Under the pieces are notes generated by a model. It was not told the origin of the DNA. It saw only the letters and a list, made by a program, of their open reading frames with translations, and ran no database searches. Below are positions 60,301-64,000 of a stretch of DNA of 64,000 bases, one piece after another (the first letter of the stretch is position 1; each line of letters begins with the position of its first letter). Both the position numbers and the translations under genes were made by a program. Source of the DNA: Flavobacteriales bacterium (GTDB taxonomy: Bacteria; Bacteroidota; Bacteroidia; Flavobacteriales_F; PHOS-HE28); the NCBI GenBank assembly GCA_016788485.1, contig JAEUSV010000091.1, positions 138 through 64,137 on the forward strand, read 5' to 3'.

Positions 60301-60782
60301 GCGTAGCGCAGGTAGCGGGTGTTGCGCCGCAGGTCGATGGCGTTGCCGAAGGGCACCGGCTTGAGCTCGCGGCTGCGCTGGGCGATGGAGGCCTCGATGA
60401 GCTCGCGCCGCGCGGGGTCCTGTTCCGCCTGCTCACGGAGCTGGAGCGTGTTGAGGAGCTTGTCCTTCACCTCGGTGAAGTGCGTGCCGATGATGCGCGC
60501 GGCCTCGGCGTGGCCGATCACCGGGCCCAGGCGGAACAGCTTCACCAAGGGCACCACGATGAAACGCCCGAGCACGAAGGCCGCCGCGGCGATGTACGAC
60601 CAGAAGAGCACGGTGCGCGCGGTGGTGCCGAAGCGCCCGATGGCCTCGCCGATGGACACCAGCAGGAAGAAGGCCACGAGCAGGCCCACGCTGTAAAGCA
60701 CCCCGCGGATCAGCCGGTCCTTGTAGTACCGGCGGATGAACGCGTCGAGCTTGGCGATCAGCAGGGCGTAATCGGAGGACAT
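57378..60782 (-). CDS. 1,134-aa membrane-anchored protein with a roughly 450-aa Gln/Glu/Lys coiled-coil region (DUF4175-like)
   Basis: Hydrophobic helices near the N-terminus, a beta-rich middle region, then a long heptad-like Q/E/K/L tract with QQQQQ runs and a Gly/Ser/Pro/Met patch. The start was taken at MSSDYALLIAKLDAF. The family name is from memory and is tentative. Confidence 0.7.
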   Translation of the reverse strand: MSSDYALLIAKLDAFIRRYYKDRLIRGVLYSVGLLVAFFLLVSIGEAIGRFGTTARTVLFWSYIAAAAFVLGRFIVVPLVKLFRLGPVIGHAEAARIIGTHFTEVKDKLLNTLQLREQAEQDPARRELIEASIAQRSRELKPVPFGNAIDLRRNTRYLRYALPPLAVLVVLLFAAPSLITGPTERLLAHTREFAPEAPFDFVVLNDTLAVPEDQDFELQVELRGAVVPQQAEVVVDGVRVPLVKQDATRFTHRFRNVHDPITFHLEAEGFRSVERTLITVPDPLVLDLAMKLEYPAYLGMPTEQRGNTGDAQVPAGTRITWTATTRSADVLELAFDDTTYSLRPQGEDRFTASRRLLQSRTYRMVPAKGDRQASAPLQYHIDVVPDLHPTILVEQKADSTAPKRLYFKGDIGDDHGFKRLLFHYRFAQGGDSVAADARERTVELGIDPRNTRQQFFHGWDISTLTLAPGDRLEYWFEVWDNDGVNGSKSARSGLQVFEAPTLKELSEKQDQQGEQIKKELEQGIREAQDLQRELDKLRREMLDKKELNWQDQQKLQNVLDRQKQLQQRIENTTQKLEQQRTEQQEYRQMDERLLEKQQQVQELFENVLNEEMKELYKQVQEMLEKLDKEKLQEQMKDMKLGQEDIEKELDRALEQFKQMEVEQKAQDIADQLEKLAEEQKKLSEETKAGDTPKEELQKKQEELNKAFEDVRKELDELEKKNEELQDPMELPKTEQQEQDIQQQQQQSSEQLQKDQKQKAGDSQKKAGEQMEQMAFQMKSAMQQDQQEQAEEDMDALRQLLENIVHLSLEQEATMADLQRTGARDPHLVDLGRTQKKLRDDARVVEDSLFALSKRVPQLQATVNREMNAVNANMDEAMERINGSRANEREKPVAADKQQRAMTSLNNLALLLEEALRQMQQQQQQSGKPGSGSCNKPGGSGMGSGKKPSMAKMKAQQQALQKQLEEMRKAMEKGGKQQGPKPGEKNPGGMGPGMSQQLAQLAAQQAAIRKEMQRMAQELNKDGSGSGNGLNKLAEEMEKNEKDIVNKNITPETLRRQQDIMVRLLEAEKAERERELDQKRQSTEGRDVPHEDPARFFEHHRTKQRETELLRTVPAGLKPYYKERVNEYFDTFDRP

Positions 60783-60904
60783 CGCATCAACAACGCCGCG
60801 GTGTCGCGCGCATTGCGGGTTAAAGGTAGGGCGGTGAGGCGGCGGGGGGCCACGCCTTCGGTACACGCCGGGGTGTTAAAAGGATCGAAGGGAGTGAGTG
60901 CTTT

Positions 60905-62119
60905 TCAGGGCTTTTCGCGCCTCAACGCGCGCAGCGCACCGAAGGCCGCCAGCCCGCCCACCACGAGCATGGCCACCCACACCCACCACTGTGACAGGTC
61001 GAAGGGCTTGTGGGCTGCGGCGCGGGGCACCGGGATAAGGGCGCCCAGGACCAATGTGTCCAGCGGTGTGGGCAGGCTGTCCTGGAAGTGCGTGAGGTCG
61101 AAGCGTGGTGCTGAGGCCGCGGGGTCGCCGGTGGTGAGCGTGTAGGTGACCCCGGCCTGGAGGTTGGCGAGCAGCGCGCGTTCAAGCTGGAGCACCTCGA
61201 GGCGGGTGATCCGCAAAGGCCTGTCATCGCCGTTCTCGAGGGCCAGGAACAGGGTGTCCACCGCGACCCCTGGTCCGGTGATCACAGGTCGTGCGTACGA
61301 GGCGATGGTGCCGGCGCCGAGCTCCTCGGTCCAGCGGTGCATCACCTTGCGCCGGCGCTCCTGACGTTCTTCCTGGCGGTACGTGTACAGCCGGTAGTGA
61401 CGCAGGTAAGGCACGGTATCCGCCACGGCGAACCGGAGGCGATCGATCACCAGCGGGTGGTCGGCGGTGATGCGTACCAGCGTGCGACCCTTTACCTCGA
61501 TGCGGTCCCACCGTGCGGTGGTGATGGTCTGGTAACGGCCTTCGCTGCGGGCCTGTACGGTGTGTCCCACCGAAAGCACCTGCACGGGCGCGGTGAGCGA
61601 GTCGTTCAGCTCGATGCGGTAGTAGCGGTGGTCGCTCAGGGGCAGGTCCACCCAACGCAGGCTGCGTGCCTCCTCATCGCCGGAGAGGCTCAGGTGATCG
61701 TCCTTCACCATGAACCAGTGGCGGCGGTCGTCGCTGCCGGTGATGCGGGCGCTCTTGCCCACCTCGGCGTTTCGGATGCCCAGCGTGAAGCCGTCCATGA
61801 GCGTTCCCTGGGGGACCTCGAACTCCACCACGGTGCGCCGGCCTTCGCGGTCGTTGCGCAGCATGGTGAAGGCTACCGCATGGGCCTCGCTCACCTGGGC
61901 CGGTGCCGTGCGCACCACGAAGGGCACCAGGGTGGAATCGGGTGCAAGGAGGCGCACGTCGTTCAGGGTGCCCTGCGAGCGGCCCACCACTTCGGGGGAA
62001 AGGCGCACGGCGTGCGGTCCGGTGCGCGCCGCGGGACCCACGGTGGTACGCCAGCCGGGTCGTTGGGCGATCGCGGCCAGGCCCAGCAGCAGGGCGATCA
62101 GGCTAGTTCGCAGGCGCAT
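60905..62119 (-). CDS. secreted hypothetical protein (tentatively DUF3999-like) with a C-terminal TM
   Basis: Signal peptide MRLRTSLIALLLGLAAIAQ and a C-terminal WWVWVAMLVVGGLAAFGAL anchor. The start overlaps the upstream gene's stop by 17 nt. Confidence 0.6.
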   Translation of the reverse strand: MRLRTSLIALLLGLAAIAQRPGWRTTVGPAARTGPHAVRLSPEVVGRSQGTLNDVRLLAPDSTLVPFVVRTAPAQVSEAHAVAFTMLRNDREGRRTVVEFEVPQGTLMDGFTLGIRNAEVGKSARITGSDDRRHWFMVKDDHLSLSGDEEARSLRWVDLPLSDHRYYRIELNDSLTAPVQVLSVGHTVQARSEGRYQTITTARWDRIEVKGRTLVRITADHPLVIDRLRFAVADTVPYLRHYRLYTYRQEERQERRRKVMHRWTEELGAGTIASYARPVITGPGVAVDTLFLALENGDDRPLRITRLEVLQLERALLANLQAGVTYTLTTGDPAASAPRFDLTHFQDSLPTPLDTLVLGALIPVPRAAAHKPFDLSQWWVWVAMLVVGGLAAFGALRALRREKP

Positions 62120-64000
62120 CGGTGTCGTCCTTGAGCAGGGCCTTGAGCTTCTGGTACAGGAAGCTCACCACCAGCAGCAGCACGCCCAGGCTGATGAACG
62201 CGGCCACGCGTCCGCCCTGCGAGGCGCTGCGGATATCGAACAGGAAGAGCTTCACCAGGGTGAGGCCGAAGAGGGTGAGCGCGATGATGCGCACGGTGCG
62301 GATGCGTGCGCGCATGCCGTAGGCCATGAACAGGAAGCTGCCGATGCCCCACAGGATCGGGTAACCGGCGGTGCGGGCCTTGTGCAGCGCGCGCATCGCC
62401 TCATACGGCTCCGGGGTGGGCGGCTGGTTGGCCAGCAGCAGGTGGTCGAGCTCCTGGCTGGCGATCACCACCAGCAGGGTGCAGAGGACCCAGGCGTAGG
62501 TGTTCCACTGCGGGGAGCGGAGCACGAGCAGTTCGCGCGACCAGCGCATCACGCGCGTCACCAGGGTCACCACCAGCCCGAAGGCGAAGGCATGGAGCAG
62601 CACATGCCCATCCCATTCGCCACCGGCGAGGTGCTCGCGCAGCTGGCGCATGCCCATCTCGTAGTGCCAGGTGATGTAGAGCAGGAAGGCGAAGGCGAAG
62701 AGCGGACCGAAGGCCCAGCGTGTAAGGCGCCCAGCATGGCTGGTGAGCATGTCGGCCACGATGAGGTACAGCAGCGTCCACGCCATGCCGGCCATGGCCA
62801 CGGAGCCTTCGGGCAGCATGCGGCCGAGCTGGTAGTTGAGCTCCAGCAGGCCCACGAGGTAGCCCAGCCCCGCGGCCGCCGTGGCGAGCACGCCCCGCCA
62901 CACCGAGCGGTGCAGGCCCGGAAGCACCTCATGGTCGACCGGCCACTTCGCCCACAGGCGGAACTGCAACGCGAGCGACAGCACCACGGCCGCGCCGGCG
63001 ATGAACACGCGGTTCAGCAGGGGCATCATCAGCTTGTGCTGCGGCGCGGAATACAGCCCCAGGTCCATGATGAGGCTGATGACCATGAGCGCGCTCACCG
63101 CCAGGCTGGCGCGTTCCACCAGGCGGATGCCGGAGCGGTGCGCGAACCACACGAGCAGCACGCCCTCGGCCGCCCAGAAGAGCGTGATGTGGTCCCCCTC
63201 CAGTTGCACGGGCGCGGCCAGGCTGATGAAGGTGAGCACGATGCCGATGAGCAGGTGCACGAGGTTGCGCGGCACGCGCTCGTCGCGGTAAAAGCGCAGC
63301 GCGAACACCACGTTCACCGCGGCGAGCAGCACGCACAGCAGGCCGCCCACGCGCACGTCGAGGTCGGTTAGGAAGTGCATGCCCGTGCCGAAGTACACCG
63401 CCGTGTTGAGCAGGAAGAGCGAATAGTCCAGCGGGGTGAAGGCGGTGCGGTGGCGCAGGTCGTACCAGAGCACCATGGCGAAGAACACGGCGTAGAACGC
63501 GGTGGCGAAGGCGAAGGCGGTCCACACCGGTCGCGGGTCGAGGTCGGTGTACCCGCTCATCGACCAGGCCACGAAGAGCAGCCAGGAGAGCGCGAAGGAG
63601 AGGATGTTGAGGATGCTCCACTTCTTGTAGTTCGCGAGCACCAGCATGCCCGCGTCGAGGATCAGCAGGTAGGAGAAGAGCACCTTGTAGTTGCCTTCGC
63701 CGGTGCTCACCATGAAGGGGGTGGCGAAGCCGCCGAGCAGCGCGATCACGGCCAGCTCGCGGCGGTCGTACAGCAGCGTGAAGAGCACCCCGAGCGCGGT
63801 GATGCCCACCATGATCGCGAAGGCTGCGGTCTGCCCCAGGATGTGGTAGTCCTGGAAGGCGATGGCGATGCTGAAGTAGAGCACGCTGAGGCCGCCGCCC
63901 ACGAGCACGGAGCTGAAGGCGCGGAAGCTCTCGCGAAGGCGGTGCGCGAACAGCAGCAGCACCGCACCGCTGCCGATGCCGATGAGCGTGCGCGCGGTTT
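62103..64000 (-). CDS. large polytopic membrane protein (DUF2339-like), 5' end beyond the window
   Basis: More than 15 hydrophobic segments. LLGGFATPFMVSTGEGN is the type of motif seen in DUF2339 proteins. The frame remains open to nt 64000. Confidence 0.7.
   Translation of the reverse strand, partial: TARTLIGIGSGAVLLLFAHRLRESFRAFSSVLVGGGLSVLYFSIAIAFQDYHILGQTAAFAIMVGITALGVLFTLLYDRRELAVIALLGGFATPFMVSTGEGNYKVLFSYLLILDAGMLVLANYKKWSILNILSFALSWLLFVAWSMSGYTDLDPRPVWTAFAFATAFYAVFFAMVLWYDLRHRTAFTPLDYSLFLLNTAVYFGTGMHFLTDLDVRVGGLLCVLLAAVNVVFALRFYRDERVPRNLVHLLIGIVLTFISLAAPVQLEGDHITLFWAAEGVLLVWFAHRSGIRLVERASLAVSALMVISLIMDLGLYSAPQHKLMMPLLNRVFIAGAAVVLSLALQFRLWAKWPVDHEVLPGLHRSVWRGVLATAAAGLGYLVGLLELNYQLGRMLPEGSVAMAGMAWTLLYLIVADMLTSHAGRLTRWAFGPLFAFAFLLYITWHYEMGMRQLREHLAGGEWDGHVLLHAFAFGLVVTLVTRVMRWSRELLVLRSPQWNTYAWVLCTLLVVIASQELDHLLLANQPPTPEPYEAMRALHKARTAGYPILWGIGSFLFMAYGMRARIRTVRIIALTLFGLTLVKLFLFDIRSASQGGRVAAFISLGVLLLVVSFLYQKLKALLKDDTDAPAN

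Noticed and set aside
49115-63371. Long antisense ORFs 49115..50116, 52183..53559, 57486..58739, 58785..61145 (786 aa) and 61710..63371 (553 aa).
   Set aside because: They lie opposite the ALDH gene, mnmG, the coiled-coil protein gene, the DUF3999-like gene and the DUF2339-like gene. Leu/His/Gly/Ala-rich repeats mirror the Gln/Glu/Lys codons of the true strand.
1-64000. A scan for CRISPR arrays, rRNA genes, prophage structural genes and integrases.
   Set aside because: I found no regularly spaced direct repeats, no rRNA-like conserved stretches, and no capsid, terminase or integrase-like ORFs. The only transposase is the IS1595-type gene.

Overview
This is a high-G+C bacterial chromosomal segment, roughly two-thirds G+C by eye. 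It carries Bacteroidota hallmarks: T9SS C-terminal sorting domains, IPExxxVDY and GxxExxY proteins, a LytTR regulator, and TAnnTTTG -7 boxes. I call about 60 protein genes, mostly housekeeping: pgk, pheS, pyk, rnc-fabF-acpP, purN, rnhA, pth-rplY-prs, rnr, rpiB, mnmG and ybeY. There is one tRNA-Asn. I saw no rRNA and no CRISPR array. Many long ORFs in the supplied track are antisense shadow ORFs typical of GC-rich DNA and were not called.

The standout is a 3,961-bp lower-G+C transposon at 25385-29345. It has perfect 28-bp terminal inverted repeats, an 8-bp target duplication (GTCATTTA) and an IS1595-family transposase. It carries about 3 kb of cargo:
- an SDH/Clp-fold serine protease translationally coupled to a 60-aa acidic protein;
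- a ribbon-helix-helix protein;
- a 180-aa orphan preceded by 11-bp-phased TGCTGAY repeats;
- an unlisted Lys-rich micro-ORF;
- a 98-nt tRNA-like gene with an abnormally extended anticodon arm.

It is inserted in the leader of the second of two paralogous ssb genes.

Other notable signals:
- a vapBC-like cassette bracketed by a 15-bp repeat containing the pgk stop codon;
- a GxxExxY gene cassette with 22-bp inverted repeats;
- a compositionally mosaic T9SS/LamG gene;
- a frameshifted GNAT gene;
- a GATC-dense, repeat-rich 460-bp intergenic region;
- three copies of the palindrome GTTCCACGTGGAAC around and inside mnmG;
- a YfiR-TPR-HAMP/PP2C operon;
- a DUF2339 / DUF3999-like / DUF4175-like / RsbW-like / YbeY gene string.

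All family assignments come from motif recognition by eye. No database search was run.
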